A stretch of 64,000 nucleotides of DNA from Octopus bimaculoides (taxonomy: Eukaryota): NCBI RefSeq assembly GCF_001194135.2, contig NC_068984.1:5550693-5614692 (forward strand), given 5' to 3'. Positions 1 through 12,475 of this stretch are shown here, piece after piece. The notes under the pieces are model-generated. The model was given only the letters and a program-made list of their open reading frames with translations, was not told the origin of the DNA and did no database searches. Both the position numbers and the translations under genes were made by a program. Within the stretch, counting starts at the first letter, position 1. Each line of letters starts with the position of its first letter.

Positions 1-534
1 CAAGTTGGGCGGAAGTTAACGTCATCTGTCAAAAGATAAGGTCAATAGTCGGTTTTTTCTTTATTTCAGAACATCTTAGAAATATAAAAATATTCAATGT
101 TTACAGTATTTCTATAAAAGAAGGATTGTTTCATCTGTGGTAGTTTTCCCGTGGGCATGGTCACAGCTATTGTCTGCTTCCTTAAAGCGGAGCCAAGTTT
201 TGAAAGAACAATAACCAAACAAATTTGTCCAGAACAGTTTCTAAGGAACAGGAATTTTGAATATCTTGACAGTTGTTCGAAGAAATAGTTTACCATTCTT
301 CTTATTCTCCGTTTAATCCTCAAGATACGAAATTCAAACACCCAGTTTCCTCCTTTATTGCAAAGAAGGGAACACGATACGAGAGTCGTCACTCGCGAGC
401 GAGCATGACCTGGAGGCATGTACCACGCTTTCGCTAACTGTCTTACGTGCCTATGTTGTTGTGAACAGATATAAACACCCTTACTAGTCCTTGCATCAAT
501 AAAACATCAAGGATACGACAAATGAAAAGAGATA

Positions 535-730
535 ATACAGTTCTATATTTGAGAGATGAGGAATTATTTACATTATTTACATTTCACGGATATTTGTCCT
601 CATCTCGTTTGTTGTTAACACAACATTTCGGCTGATATACCCTCCAGCCTTCATCAAGTGTCTTGGTGAAATTTCGAACCTGGGTACTCATTCCTAAGGT
701 ATTTTTCGATGCTGTTGTTATTATTATTAT
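535..730 (-). mobile_element. Short non-coding HHR-bearing element (Penelope pLTR / retrozyme-like)
   Basis: Contains HHR at 617-662. Its end AATACAGTTCTATATTT(G/A)AGAGATGAGGAATTAT..TATTTACATTATTTACAT recurs at about 44484-44540. Bounded by an (ATT)n tract at about 717-730. Confidence 0.6.
617..662 (-). ncRNA. Type I hammerhead ribozyme motif, degenerate (C3U, stem III C>T)
   Basis: Minus strand reads GACAC-TTGATGA-A-GGCTG-gagggtatat-CAGCC-GAAAT-GTT-GTGTT. Stem I GACAC/GTGTT, stem II GGCTG/CAGCC. Confidence 0.7.
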
Positions 731-1404
731 GGAAAGAGAAAGAAAGGGGTGGGCATTTGTAACTCCAAGGGTCAATAGGGGCTTTTGGCCAAAATGTGTT
801 GAGAACCTTTGGTTTAAATTGATACAGAGACACGTTTATCTAGGATGGTGGTAGTCCTACAGATACCGTTATCCCTTCACTAAAGATGCAAGGATCATGT
901 ATTGTACCCTTTAAATGTATTCTGCTCAATGACAGACAACCTGGACTAAATAACGAAAACAACTGTGATTTTGTAGAACTCTGCGTCTATGTTTGTATTT
1001 TCATTGCATTTAAAAGACAAGCGATTGCACACAAGCAGTAATTCTCCAAGAGGTGGAACGCCAATAGATTCAAGGAACAAACTTCAGTTATAGAACTTTC
1101 TAGCAAAAGAAAATGAATAAAACAACGCAGGACCGGAACGAGACATGGTTAAATTTTGTTTTATTTTATTTAATTCAAACATTTTTCTTAACATTTCATC
1201 AAAACGAAACATGGATATTCTAGCTTGGAGAATTTCGGAAATCCCAGCAGAGAAAACTCCAGCTTGGAATAAAAGAGGAAAACCTTAACAAACACTAACG
1301 CAGCACTTTTGGGGTGTTGGTGGGACAATGTTTCAGATGGTTATATATATTAGAAAATAACTTATCGCAATACCATGTCTTGAAGAAGAAATATGAAAGT
1401 CTAA

Positions 1405-1978
1405 AACTTGGCATGATCGTGAGTGCGTCGGATCAAATGCTCTGAGGCATTTCTTCCGGCTCTATGAATTCTGAGTTCAAATACCACCTCGGTCAACTTT
1501 GTTTTGTATCCCTTTGAGACACCAGTACTTTAATAGAAATAAAGTACCATTCAGGTACCGGAGGGAGGGGATGTAATCGACGAAGCCTTCCTAAAAAAAT
1601 GTCAGGTCCTGTCCCTTTAGTGGGAATGATTATTATTATGGCGGTGTTCGGCGGCGAGCTGGAAGAATCGTTAGCACGCCGGGCAAAATGAAATTACCGA
1701 GGCCAACTTTGCCTTTCATACTTTCGGGGTCGATAAAATAAGTACCAGTTCGGAATTGGGGGTCGATGCAATCAACCTATTCCTTCTCCCAAAATTGGTG
1801 GCCCTTTGCTGAAATTTGGGACCATTATTATTATATCGGCGACCTGGCAGAATCGTTAGCGCGTCGGACAAAAAGCTTACCAGCATTTCTTCCGGTTCTT
1901 TACTTGATGAGTTCAAATACTGTCGCGGTCGACTTTGCTTGTCATCCTTTCGGGATCGATAGAATAAAGGATCAGTTT
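1405..1978 (+). mobile_element. Three head-to-tail tRNA-derived SINE (family 1) copies
   Basis: Copies at about 1405-1638, 1650-1834 and 1838-1978. A-box-like GCTGGCAGAATCGTTAGC, B-box GAGTTCAAAT (deleted in the middle copy) and body GTCGACTTTGCC..GGGGTCGATAAA..AAGTACCAG, separated by short (ATT)n. Confidence 0.85.
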
Positions 1979-2061
1979 ATCATTTAGAGAACCCACTCAA
2001 ATCAAGATAGTTGACCTTCTTCTAAAATTAAAAGAGATGTCGAAATGTTTATACATACATA

Positions 2062-2062
<1 letters not shown>

Positions 2063-2115
<53 letters not shown>

Positions 2116-2127
2116 GCTATCTATATA
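2063..2127. repeat. (ATCT)n microsatellite
   Basis: Direct reading; abuts the gap at 2129-2518. Confidence 0.95.
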
Positions 2128-2997
2128 TNNNNNNNNNNNNNNNNNNNNNNNNNNNNNNNNNNNNNNNNNNNNNNNNNNNNNNNNNNNNNNNNNNNNNNNN
2201 NNNNNNNNNNNNNNNNNNNNNNNNNNNNNNNNNNNNNNNNNNNNNNNNNNNNNNNNNNNNNNNNNNNNNNNNNNNNNNNNNNNNNNNNNNNNNNNNNNNN
2301 NNNNNNNNNNNNNNNNNNNNNNNNNNNNNNNNNNNNNNNNNNNNNNNNNNNNNNNNNNNNNNNNNNNNNNNNNNNNNNNNNNNNNNNNNNNNNNNNNNNN
2401 NNNNNNNNNNNNNNNNNNNNNNNNNNNNNNNNNNNNNNNNNNNNNNNNNNNNNNNNNNNNNNNNNNNNNNNNNNNNNNNNNNNNNNNNNNNNNNNNNNNN
2501 NNNNNNNNNNNNNNNNNNAGCCAAAATTCCCAATCTTCCATTTTCCTCCAGAGTGTGTGTGTGTGTGTGTTTTGTTAGTTGTAACGAATTCTTCGCTACC
2601 AAAAAAAGAAAAAAAAGAAAAAAACAAAATGGTTATTGGTAAGTGTTGTTCCTTTTTTTGGTTGTTAAATGAGATTATTGTGTTTATATAAAGTAATATG
2701 GGATGTGTATTCTGCAAATGTTATTATTGTAATGATGTAGAGTAGTGTGGTACATATGTTTTGTATTATTGCATTATTGCATTGAGCGCTGTCTATAGGG
2801 TATTATTGTATTCGTTCTTTATTAGAATTGCTATTGAATTAGGGCAGAGTTTTATAGAATTTGTACTGTGTCGAGGAGAGCGACTCATTAGGTTACATGT
2901 AAAGTTAGGAGCCCTGAGTTAGTGGTTCTGTGTTTGTTAATTTGAATTTATGTTACACTCACTTTATATCATATCAATCTTTTTTTTTTTTTGTCCT

Positions 2998-3335
2998 TGT
3001 TTCAATCTTTAGACTGCGGCCATGCTGAGGCACCGCCTTGAAACATTTTTAGTCGAATAATTCGACTCAATGTACTTCGCTGTTTTAGTTTGGTACTTAT
3101 TCTCCCTTCTCTTTTTCTGAACCGCTAAGTTCAGGTAACGTGCACACGCCTACAGCGGTTGTCCAGCGGTGAATGGAAGCACACACACAAACCACGAGCT
3201 TCTTTCAGTTTTCGTCTACCAAATCCTCTCACAAGGCTTTGGTCGACCCGAGACTGTAGTGGAAGGCACTTGCCCATGGTGCGATGCAATGGGACTGGAG
3301 CCAGAATTATGTAGTTGAGGGGTAAGCTTCTTACC
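2998..3335 (-). mobile_element. tRNA-derived SINE family 2, near full length
   Basis: Minus strand has a tRNA-like head, central GGCAAGTGCCTTCCACTACAGTCTCGGGTCGACCAAAGCCTTGTGAGAGGATTTGGTAGACG and tail AGGCGGTGCCTCAGCATGGCCGCAG. Homologous to 6335-6470 and 49114-49570. Confidence 0.85.
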
Positions 3336-3792
3336 AAAAAAAAACAAAAAAAAAAACAAAGCCTGCGCTTAGCCTATTTATATTTTCGTGATTTTCAGTT
3401 TCTTTTCGAAAACCTTTCGGTTCGAATTGCAGAGCACACGTTTTCGATATCTGTCAAGATAAACTATTGCAGCTTTAATCTCGAGGCATAAAGAAATATT
3501 TATATTTTTATTCTCAGGTTTGTTGGTGGGATGGGGTTCTGTTTTTAGCATGTTCTCACCAAAGTCCCACTATTGAAGTCTGTGGATATATTTAGCCTCT
3601 CTGACCACGTGACAGTTTAACTTTAAATGATCCGTTGTTTTCAATTCAAAATCTTCAGTTTATATTAGACCTAGCTGAAGAAACATAAGATCACATGGCA
3701 TCGATAAAATGCGAGGTTCCCATATTTGGTCGCTCCACTCTCAAATCACACGCTACCACCGTACAACGTGAACATGTTTGATAATGCCGCCA

Positions 3793-3835
<43 letters not shown>

Positions 3836-5561
3836 GAACAGAGGAGGAATGTTTAGGAATGGGATTGGCCAAGCGATCCAGATAACTTTGATGAAATCCA
3901 AATAAGGCCTCTAAAGTAAAGTGTTAATTATGAATTAGTAGTTCCAGTTCTTTAAAACCAAAGTTATGCATATAAACGGATTGGCCCCTTGTTTTGCTTG
4001 CGTTGATCAAGTGACGTACACAGCGCTGTATGACTCCAATAATGATCAAAAATCGATTAAAACTGTTCGTTATTTTTTATCAGTTTCCGGAGAAAAAAAG
4101 GAAATTCGACATGCATGTATGTTTCTTACATAGATTAACTTATAAATTACCACAGGTTTTTTTTAAAAATCAGAGCCATCTTGTAACTGAAGCAGTAACA
4201 TCTTTTAGCTGGGAGTATTTCAGTTCTTATCACTCACTTGGCTCACATCTTCGGTGTTCAATCGTGATGGATAATTATCATGGTGAGTTTTCCCTCTCTA
4301 CATTCTTTTTGAGGTATGTTTAGACATTTTACATTCATTCTATTGCTGCTTTCTTGTACCGTTTCTGACATTTTCTCTTTATCTATAACATTTTCTTCAG
4401 CATAATTAACTTAGACATATTTCCATACTGTTTCCTTATATTACAAGAAAAGATATATAAATACTTCAACTTTCCTGACTGCACTAATGAATCTATCTAT
4501 GTTCTCTTCTACCTACTGTTCATCATTCGTTATTATAGTAAAAATACGATGTAGTATTGAAAATCATGGCATTAACTGTTCGAATAAACGACGTAATTTG
4601 TATGCTGTGCACATCATCGCTATTGTTCATATGCTGTGTGTGTGTGCATGTATATATATATATATATATATATAGTGTATGTACATGTACAGAATCTGTA
4701 TATACATGCATATATGTATATATGATGTATAAATAAATAAGTACTGGAGTATTGGTTACGTATTAGTCTACATCTTTTAATCATTCCTAAAATGTCAATT
4801 ATTATGGCATTTTTTCTGTCTTCAATCTTATCATGCTAGATATATTTTCGATTCCGCGAATCTATTTTTCTAATTTTTTTTTTTTTTTTTTGTAGATATG
4901 TAGTTACATAAATTAAAAGATATATTTTTGACAATAATAGTTAACCGATTTGACATGTTCTCGATGCCTGCATGAATCGGTATATTCCCATAACAGAGAG
5001 AATATGTCAATTTTGTCATTCTCTGAAATCCTTTCTGTGTATATTTGTGTCATTCCTTTTTTGTAGATATTTCATACGCTGACATATTTCCCGCTGTATA
5101 AAAAGCAGAAACTCACTCTCTTTCTCTCTTTGCTTTTATGTGTACGTCTATGAATGTATAAGCATGAACACTTANNNNNNNNNNNNNNNNNNNNNNNNNN
5201 NNNNNNNNNNNNNNNNNNNNNNNNNNNNNNNNNNNNNNNNNNNNNNNNNNNNNNNNNNNNNNNNNNNNNNNNNNNNNNNNNNNNNNNNNNNNNNNNNNNN
5301 NNNNNNNNNNNNNNNNNNNNNNNNNNNNNNNNNNNNNNNNNNNNNNNNNNNNNNNNNNNNNNNNNNNNNNNNNNNNNNNNNNNNNNNNNNNNNNNNNNNN
5401 NNNNNNNNNNNNNNNNNNNNNNNNNNNNNNNNNNNNNNNNNNNNNNNNNNNNNNNNNNNNNNNNNNNNNNNNNNNNNNNNNNNNNNNNNNNNNNNNNNNN
5501 NNNNNNNNNNNNNNNNNNNNNNNNNNNNNNNNNNNNNNNNNNNNNNNNNNNNNNNNNNNNN

Positions 5562-5695
5562 NCCGTCATGGTTGACTTCGCCTTTCATCCTTTCGGGGTC
5601 GATAAATTAAGTATCAGTTACGTACTGGAGTCGATCTAATCGACTGGCCCCCTCCCTTAAAAGTTCGGGCCTTGAGCCTAGAGTAGAAAAGGTTT
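5562..5695 (+). mobile_element. SINE family 1, 3' half
   Basis: GACTTCGCCTTTCATCCTTTCGGGGTCGATAAATTAAGTATCAG... follows the gap. Confidence 0.85.
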
Positions 5696-6334
5696 TATGT
5701 GGAAAGAAGTTTCGAGGAGGAACGCTTTAGTTTTCAGTCGTAATCGAAATTATTAGAGTCTTAGTCTTGTGTTTCACACTCTGTAATTCTATTTTTGAAG
5801 ATCCTTTTGATTTTCGTTGTGTTCCACAATTAGGTCGTCAACAGAAAACGCAAGAAAATATTTTGTAAGGCTTCAAGATGGGAATCGACATCGGTCGAAT
5901 CGAATTCCCTTCAATGATTCTTCGAAAGTTATTTTGTCTCTTTCCTGGAAATAAAAGAGCCGTGCTCAAAGTAGTTTCACCTCCAAACAGGAAATGGGTT
6001 AAAAATTTCATACAAAAATTGTTTTTCACAGACATGTTTTGTTTAGTTTTTGATTGAAAGTAATTGATGTAATTAAATCGATCTTATCTTTCAGAAAGTT
6101 GTTTTACCCAATCCAGATCAATAGCAAGCAATAACCGAGATTTGAACACACAACCACAAAAAAAGCGGAAGAACGGTTAAATAATTTCGGCCACCTTCTC
6201 CTTCTCACAGGTTTCCTTGAAACTAAGCAAGCGTTTATCTGATCACATTTACTTTGTCTACCAGTTCCTCATACAGCAGCTAGTATACACATCTAATGTG
6301 AGCTTGCGGTAATATTCATCAACAAGACGCAGGC

Positions 6335-6470
6335 ATGGCTGTGTGGTAAGTTTCCTTAACAACCACATGGTTCCGAGTTCAGTTCCACTGCGTAGCATCT
6401 TGGGTATGTGTCTTTTACCATAGTCCCAGACCGACCAAATTCTTGTGAGTGGATTAGCCCCTTGGCGATC
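6335..6470 (+). mobile_element. SINE family 2, 5' part
   Basis: GGCTGTGTGGTAAG..AACCACATGGTTCCGAGTTCAGTTCCACTGCG..CTTGGGTATGTGTC, with A and B boxes. Confidence 0.8.
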
Positions 6471-7489
6471 CATATAAGATTTTGTTAAAATTTATGTAGA
6501 ATAAATTGCTTATACTTCTAGAATACACAAAATATTTTAACTTTTTGGTATAATTCTTAATAATCTAAGAAATAATCTAAGGCTTCGAATAGCTGTGTAA
6601 GTATAGCAAATAAAATAGGAACCGAAGGAGTAAAAATAGTTGTGAACCACTGCTCAAGGCTAATAAGAGGACCAGAGGCCAGCATCCAGGCATCGCAAAG
6701 AACTCATTAATAACAGTATTACCACTGCTTTGGCTTTGCTGATGCGAGAATTGCAGAAGTTGTCCCTAGAAACCCTCTATTTATATCTGACTGGGGGATG
6801 GGGTCGGAGTCAAACGCTTGTCTTCCATCACACTAGGGGAGGGCAGGACTGGGTGGATGGAATTGCTTGTGTATCGGGGAAATGCCTTGCTGTATTTCTT
6901 TCGCTATATTTCCGTCCTCAATTCTTGGTTAGAAGGAACAATCGCGGCTGTCACCGCCGCTACCGCAGCTACCAGTAAGCGTTTTATGTGTCTCTGTTTC
7001 GAGGCTAGCTTCTCCCTTCCCGCCATCAGAAGGATCTATCTATATTCTGTTTGTGCTCTCAACATTATCGACATAATGTCGGCCAATTAGCATGTTTGAT
7101 GGAATACCACGCAGTATCTGTTCTGTCAGGACTTTGAATTCAAATCCCATTGATGTTCTTTTTACGTATTATCCTTTTCTGGGGTTGATGAAAATGCACT
7201 AAACTTGAGAGAGTAGTTAACTAGTCTGTTTGAAGGTCGAAAGCTATGTCTTACGGCGTTTGTTCTGACGCATTACATTTCGACACAAACGCCAGCGATC
7301 TCGCTATGTTTTCCTCAGTCGCTTGTCTTTTGCTTCGATAAATATCGTCGATGTGTAGTGAGGTGACTTGCATGCATTGCCATCAATAGGATTTCCTCAA
7401 AAAATGTTGCTCAGTCGTGCACAGAAATTTCCTGATGGATGACCAGCATTAACGAAATCTGGCCATTCTTAAAAAAAACAGTCTACTTG

Positions 7490-7740
7490 TAGAGCTAACG
7501 TGCATGTGGCTGAGCACTCCACAGAGACGTGCACCCTTACCGTAGTTCTCAGGGAGATTTAGTGTAACACAGAATGTGACAAGGCTGGACCTTTGAAATA
7601 CAGGTACATCTCCTTTTGTTTAGCTGAGTGGAGTGGAAAAACATGAAATAAAGGACAGGATACAACGCGCCACTCGGAATCGAACTCAGGACCTGACAAT
7701 CGTGACCCAGATATCCTAACCACTAATCCAACCAGTTATT
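7490..7740 (-). mobile_element. tRNA-derived SINE family 3
   Basis: Minus strand head TTAGTGGTTAGGATAT..GAGTTCGATTCCGAG and central TTATTTCATG..CCACTCCACTCAGC, shared with 43551-43750. Confidence 0.7.
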
Positions 7741-7892
7741 TGCCATAGTTCCTTTCGCTGATTCTAATCCAATAGGCCCACTTATTGAATGTATAGCTAT
7801 GCTAACCATTGCACTATTTCACAAATATCACGGCTCTCTAACACATGAGCCATAAAAGTAGCAGCAGAAAAAAAAAATCAATTTTTTTCTTC

Positions 7893-7932
7893 CATGTGGC
7901 AAGAACTGCATGTGGCAAGAACTGCATGTGGC
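7893..7932. repeat. 16-bp tandem repeat x2.5
   Basis: CATGTGGCAAGAACTG x2 plus CATGTGGC. Confidence 0.9.
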
Positions 7933-8344
7933 TGCCGCCGTCGTTGTAAAAAAAAAAAAAAAAAGAGAAGCCATTTATTGTTGATTGAGCTCAGCTTTGT
8001 CAATCAATAGTCCTAAATGGACGTACTACTTTCGACGTTTTCGTAATTAATTTAATAAAATTGAAAATAATTATAGAGGAAAAGACGGTGTAGAGAAACA
8101 ACAGAAGCAAAAATCTGAAACATAGGAGAAAGAAGTGGCAATGGAGTCGGTGGCGGGGTGGGGGTAATATAATTACAGAAATAGAGGAATTAATGAAGTA
8201 TGTAAAAATAGAGTTGTTTAGCAGAAAATATAAGGGGGAAAAAAACACAAAAACACTAATGTTACAGTAACTACTAGTACTGCTACTAACTAACGACGAT
8301 ATTAATGATTTTTATTTTGTAATAGCGATGATGTTTTAATTAAG

Positions 8345-8580
8345 ATAATAAGGATAATAATAATTGTTTCTGATTTAAGCACAAGGCCAGCAATTTTGAG
8401 AGAAGGTATGGTGGTGTCAATTGCAATGACGTCAGACCTTGAGTGGAATTTTGTTTTATCAAAACATGAAGGACGAAAAGCAAAGTCGCCCTCGATGACA
8501 TTCGAACTAAAACTATAAGGAATCACAAAAAAATCGTGCTAAATATTTTTGCCGGTACCCTAAAGATTCTGTTTAGTCTC
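8345..8580 (-). mobile_element. SINE family 1, diverged
   Basis: Reverse complement matches head, B-box and tail (AAGCACAAGGCCAGCAATTTTG); (ATT)n at both ends. Confidence 0.65.
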
Positions 8581-9019
8581 TGCCAATAATGATGATAATA
8601 ATAATAATAATAACGTATAATTTGACCAGTGCAAGGAGTGCGTCTTGTAACATGGCTACCAGTTGTTGGACTACGACTGGGCCCACCCTGCTGCTCAGTG
8701 GGGCACCAACCGGATGCGGAACTTTCCCCATTGGTTCTAGTCCTGTTCACACCGTTATCGTCGTTTATTTTTCTTGGCATTTTCACTCACAAATGACGTG
8801 TTTTTAGGTTATCACCAACCAGTATTTTTATCGAGACACAATCTCTATCAAGGTAGTCCGCCAGGACAGCAGGGTCTTTGCTCCCCTGGCTTTGGGCTTC
8901 AAATGTTCCTTCTCCTAGGTTGCCTGCCACCCAAGGGTAACGAGTGCAGCCTACCCGGAGCATTGGTTATTTTCATGCGCCAGATACGGGTACTTGGTTC
9001 CAACATACACCTAAAAAAG

Positions 9020-9500
9020 GTAATGGACGAAAAACGGAAGGCAAAATCTTCTGGGACTTTGATTTCCAGACAAGGTATTTGAGCACCGAAGGCCGGATAT
9101 AGTAACCTTTAGGAGGGACAAAAAGAGTGCCTAATAATCGACGTAGCAATACCAGGAGATTGACATATCATGAAAGAACGAGAACAAGTTGATAAATATG
9201 GTGACCTACGATGTGGCAGCTACGAGATTCGAACACAAAGGTTATCCCTATTGTCATCGGAGCATTGGGTTCAATACCACTCAATCTGGAAAAAAAAACC
9301 CTGAAAACCTTAGAAATACCCTACAATCTGGATGTATTGCAAAAGTCGGCATTACTTAGACCTGCACGCATATTGCGAAAAGTAGTGTCTCTTTGAGGTC
9401 CTTGTTATGACTTGATAAACTACAAACTCCCAGTAGACACAATATCTCCAATCAACAACCTCACGATATTGTATATTGTGCGACATCTATAATAATAATA
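9020..9500 (+). mobile_element. RLE-type (R4/Dong-like) non-LTR retrotransposon, 5'-truncated, endonuclease domain
   Basis: Disrupted reading KIFWDFDF..HRRPDIV..KKECLIIDVAIPGD..KVIPIVIGALGSIP..LQKSALLRPARILRKV* shows the PD..D RLE motif. Ends in (ATA)n. Confidence 0.85.
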
Positions 9501-9502
9501 TT

Positions 9503-9740
9503 TTTTTTATTTCTTTATTGCCCACAAGGGGCTAAACATAGAGGGGACAAACAAGGACAGACAAAGGGATTAAGTCGATTACATCGATCCCAGTTCGTCA
9601 CTGGTACTTAATTTCTCGACCCCGAAAGGATGAAAGGCAAAGTCGACCTCGGCGGAATTTGAACTCAGAACGTAACGGCAGACGAAATACCGCTAAGCAT
9701 TTCTCCCAGTGTGCTAACGTTTCTACCAACTCGCCTGGCT
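9503..9740 (-). mobile_element. SINE family 1, full length (A-rich tail variant)
   Basis: Complete head, B-box and tail CCCTTTGTCTGTCCTTGTTTGTCCCCTC..GGGCAATAAAGAAATA on minus. Confidence 0.9.
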
Positions 9741-9940
9741 GGAAAAGATTGGTGCAAGTGTGAAGGTAGAACACCTACAAGAATCAGCATTGCTTGGAAC
9801 TGCAAGAATTCTTCGCAGGGTTCTTGAAGCATGACCATTAAACCAGTGTCACCTTAGTCTGCTGGCTGTGGGCAGCTGACACTTTCCATCATAACCAGCA
9901 AAATAATCTGAGAGTTTTCATATAATAATAATAATAATAA
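9741..9940 (+). mobile_element. RLE-type LINE extreme 3' end
   Basis: EKIGASVKVEHLQESALLGTARILRRVLEA*, a 3' UTR homologous to 21015-21090, then a (TAA)n(TGA)n tail. Confidence 0.85.
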
Positions 9941-9944
9941 TGAT

Positions 9945-10160
9945 GATGATTTCAAATTTTTCCCACAAGGGCAGCTTGGGGGTGGCGATTAAGTCGATTA
10001 CATTGAACCCCAGTGCGTAACTGGTACTTATTTAATCGACCCCGAAAGGATGAAATGCAAAGTCGACCTTGGCGTAATTTGAACTCAGAACGAGGCGCGG
10101 GCGAAATTCCGCTAAGCATTTCGCCCAACGTGCTAACGATTCTGGTAGCTTGCCGCCTTA
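9945..10160 (-). mobile_element. SINE family 1
   Basis: Full head and body on minus; (ATT)n on both sides. Confidence 0.9.
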
Positions 10161-10255
10161 ACAATAACAATAATAATAATAATAAGAAGTTCTTTATTAA
10201 CCACAAGTGTTTACATTAAGAAAAACATCATGGACAGGATAGGACAAAACGAAGA

Positions 10256-10290
<35 letters not shown>

Positions 10291-10959
10291 GTCAGGGTTT
10301 TGTGTGTAAACAAGACTAACAATATATATATATTAAATGATACATACATATACAAAAGGAGGAGGAGAAATCGTGTAAGGAAGAGAGAGAATAATGGAAT
10401 TATATACACATCTACCCCGACCCATGTTCCATTTTCTATTTCGTCCTCTATTTTAGAGCGGTTCCATTTTACAGTTTTACCATGTCTACAATGTAAAGTT
10501 CCATTAATTTTTCAGTACATTTCTTCAGTTTTTCACCTGGTTCTTTCTCATATGAAGTTAAGCTGGAGTCAATCCGATCCGTTTTGTGTTTGAGGAGTTG
10601 CCAAAAAGGCACTCATTCTGATTAATTGCATTGTAGCACTGTTACAAGCTAATTAGTAAATTGCACCAATTTATTGCATTTATTGTGAAGCAACTCGATT
10701 TTTTCAGCCTCTGTTTCTTCGTTTACACATTTATTTTGTTTTGTTTTTATCACCCTTTATTTTGGTGATTGCTTAATGATTGTGGAAGCTTTAATATGAG
10801 GCTGGGAGTGAACAGCAGAAAATGTTAAGAAACGCAACGGTAAACAGATATGACTTTGTGTTTCTTTCGATCCGTATGCCTATCGGATATAATTTTACGG
10901 TGAGCATTAATGACCTAGAAACTAAACTAGTTACATGTTTCTGTTGCTCTTTGAAGGCT

Positions 10960-11140
10960 CTCGAAATAATGGCTATATCATTGCAGTCATATCGTGGTTT
11001 CGATTCCCGAGCCGGGGAATGCTTATATTCTTGAGCAAAACATCCCCTTCATTGTACATTGCTCCAATTCATTCAGTGTAAATGAATGCCCTACGATGAA
11101 CCAGTTCCCGCTCCACTGGAAGTTGTGACCTCACTTAGAC
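10960..11140 (+). mobile_element. SINE family 3, diverged
   Basis: GTGGTTTCGATTCCCGAGCCGGG..TTCTTGAGCAAAACA..TTGCTCCAATTCATTCAG matches 43551-43750. Confidence 0.7.
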
Positions 11141-11789
11141 GTCATGGAAAGGGGGGAACTGGACCTAGCAATACTCGGATTCGAGACAGTAATATTCAGC
11201 GCTAACGTTTCTTTTTTATTGCTGGTGCTGTTCTTGATATTGTTTTTAATATCAGGTCGCATTCAGTGATTTATTTTTATGAGTTGTTGCTTTGCTGTTC
11301 TTGTAGTTCATAACCAAGTAAAATTACGAGCGAAGCTTTATATTCATGACCGCTCGACAATATTTTCAAGTCATCATTATCAATTTATCTCGAACCGCAT
11401 CATTGTATGTAAATATATCCTTCCATTTCGTTATCTGCGATTTAAAAGAATTTTGACTCGTATTTCTAGGGAGTCGAGGACCATATTCAGACACCTTGTT
11501 GACTCACTTTCGATAAGTTTTCAATGGCATTAGGGGCTACGCCTACTCTGTGCTTCTTCCTTGTTATACCCTTCTAAGTATGAGACAGGAATAATGGAAT
11601 GGTTAGAATTCTATAGACAACATAGCAATCTTGTTACTTCCAGACATCAACAGTAATACAAAGAACTGTTTCTGGTAAGAAGGCACCTTAAACACCATTT
11701 TATTGCTTTAAATTTCTCTTATGTTACATTCATTGAGACTTCTTCATATTTGAAGAATTTATCCTTCAAAGAATCTCATATTTATTCTT

Positions 11790-12475
11790 TTAAATTTGGT
11801 AGGAGGTTGACAATTTTAATGAGTAATGGGTTAATTGATTCCATCGAACGCTGTAATTGATTGCTACTGAGTCATTGACTCAAAATAGATGAAATACTAA
11901 GCTGACCTTGGCGAGGTCAACTCGGAACGTAAAGATCCAGACGAAATTACACTCAGCGTATTGTTCGACGCACTTACGATTCTACCAGCAGACTACATTT
12001 AACGCTCATATAATGTTTTCAAATTTTTGACACAAGGTCAGTAACATTTGAATGGAGAGGGAACCGATTGAATAGAACCCATTGACTGATACTTTATCTT
12101 GCCGACCACAAGAGACTGAAAACCAAATTTGGTCACGACAGGAATTGAACTCAGATTGTAAATAACTGAAAGAAATGCCACAAAGTAATTAATCCGACTC
12201 GCAAACGATTCTGCCAGCTTGATAATAATCCTTTGATAATCCTTTGATTTTCAAATAATAGTCCTTTCTACTATCGACATAAAGCTTAAAATTTGGGGTA
12301 ATGTGGTTAGTGCATTGTATTGACCCCAGTTGACTGGTTATTTCTTTTTTCAGCCCCCAAACTATAAAAGGTAAATCTGACTTCTGCGGAATTTGAACGC
12401 AGACTGAAAAGACAGACAAAATGCCGCAAAACAAATCGCCTGGCGCGCCCACGTTAACGCTTCTGCCAGCTCTCT
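11790..12475 (-). mobile_element. Three tandem SINE family 1 copies
   Basis: Copies at about 11790-12000, 12015-12225 and 12265-12475, each with ACGATTCT(G/A)CCAGC or CGCTTCTGCCAGC head and GAACTC/GAACGC B-box on the reverse strand. Confidence 0.75.

Noticed and set aside
4360-4405. CTGAAGA..GAAAC on the minus strand
   Set aside because: No complementary stem II.
6650-7000. Possible decayed CR1 RT fragment on the minus strand
   Set aside because: Only scattered residue similarity; cannot be supported without a profile search.
7240-7340. GTCTTAC-GGCG-TTT similar to the 43846 HHR 3' half
   Set aside because: No matching stem I or core; only a 9-bp inverted repeat.
8850-9000. Possible RTE 5' UTR or HDV-like ribozyme (GGCAACC-TAGGAGAAGG, minus)
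   Set aside because: The resemblance is from memory of a short motif; I could not build the nested double pseudoknot.
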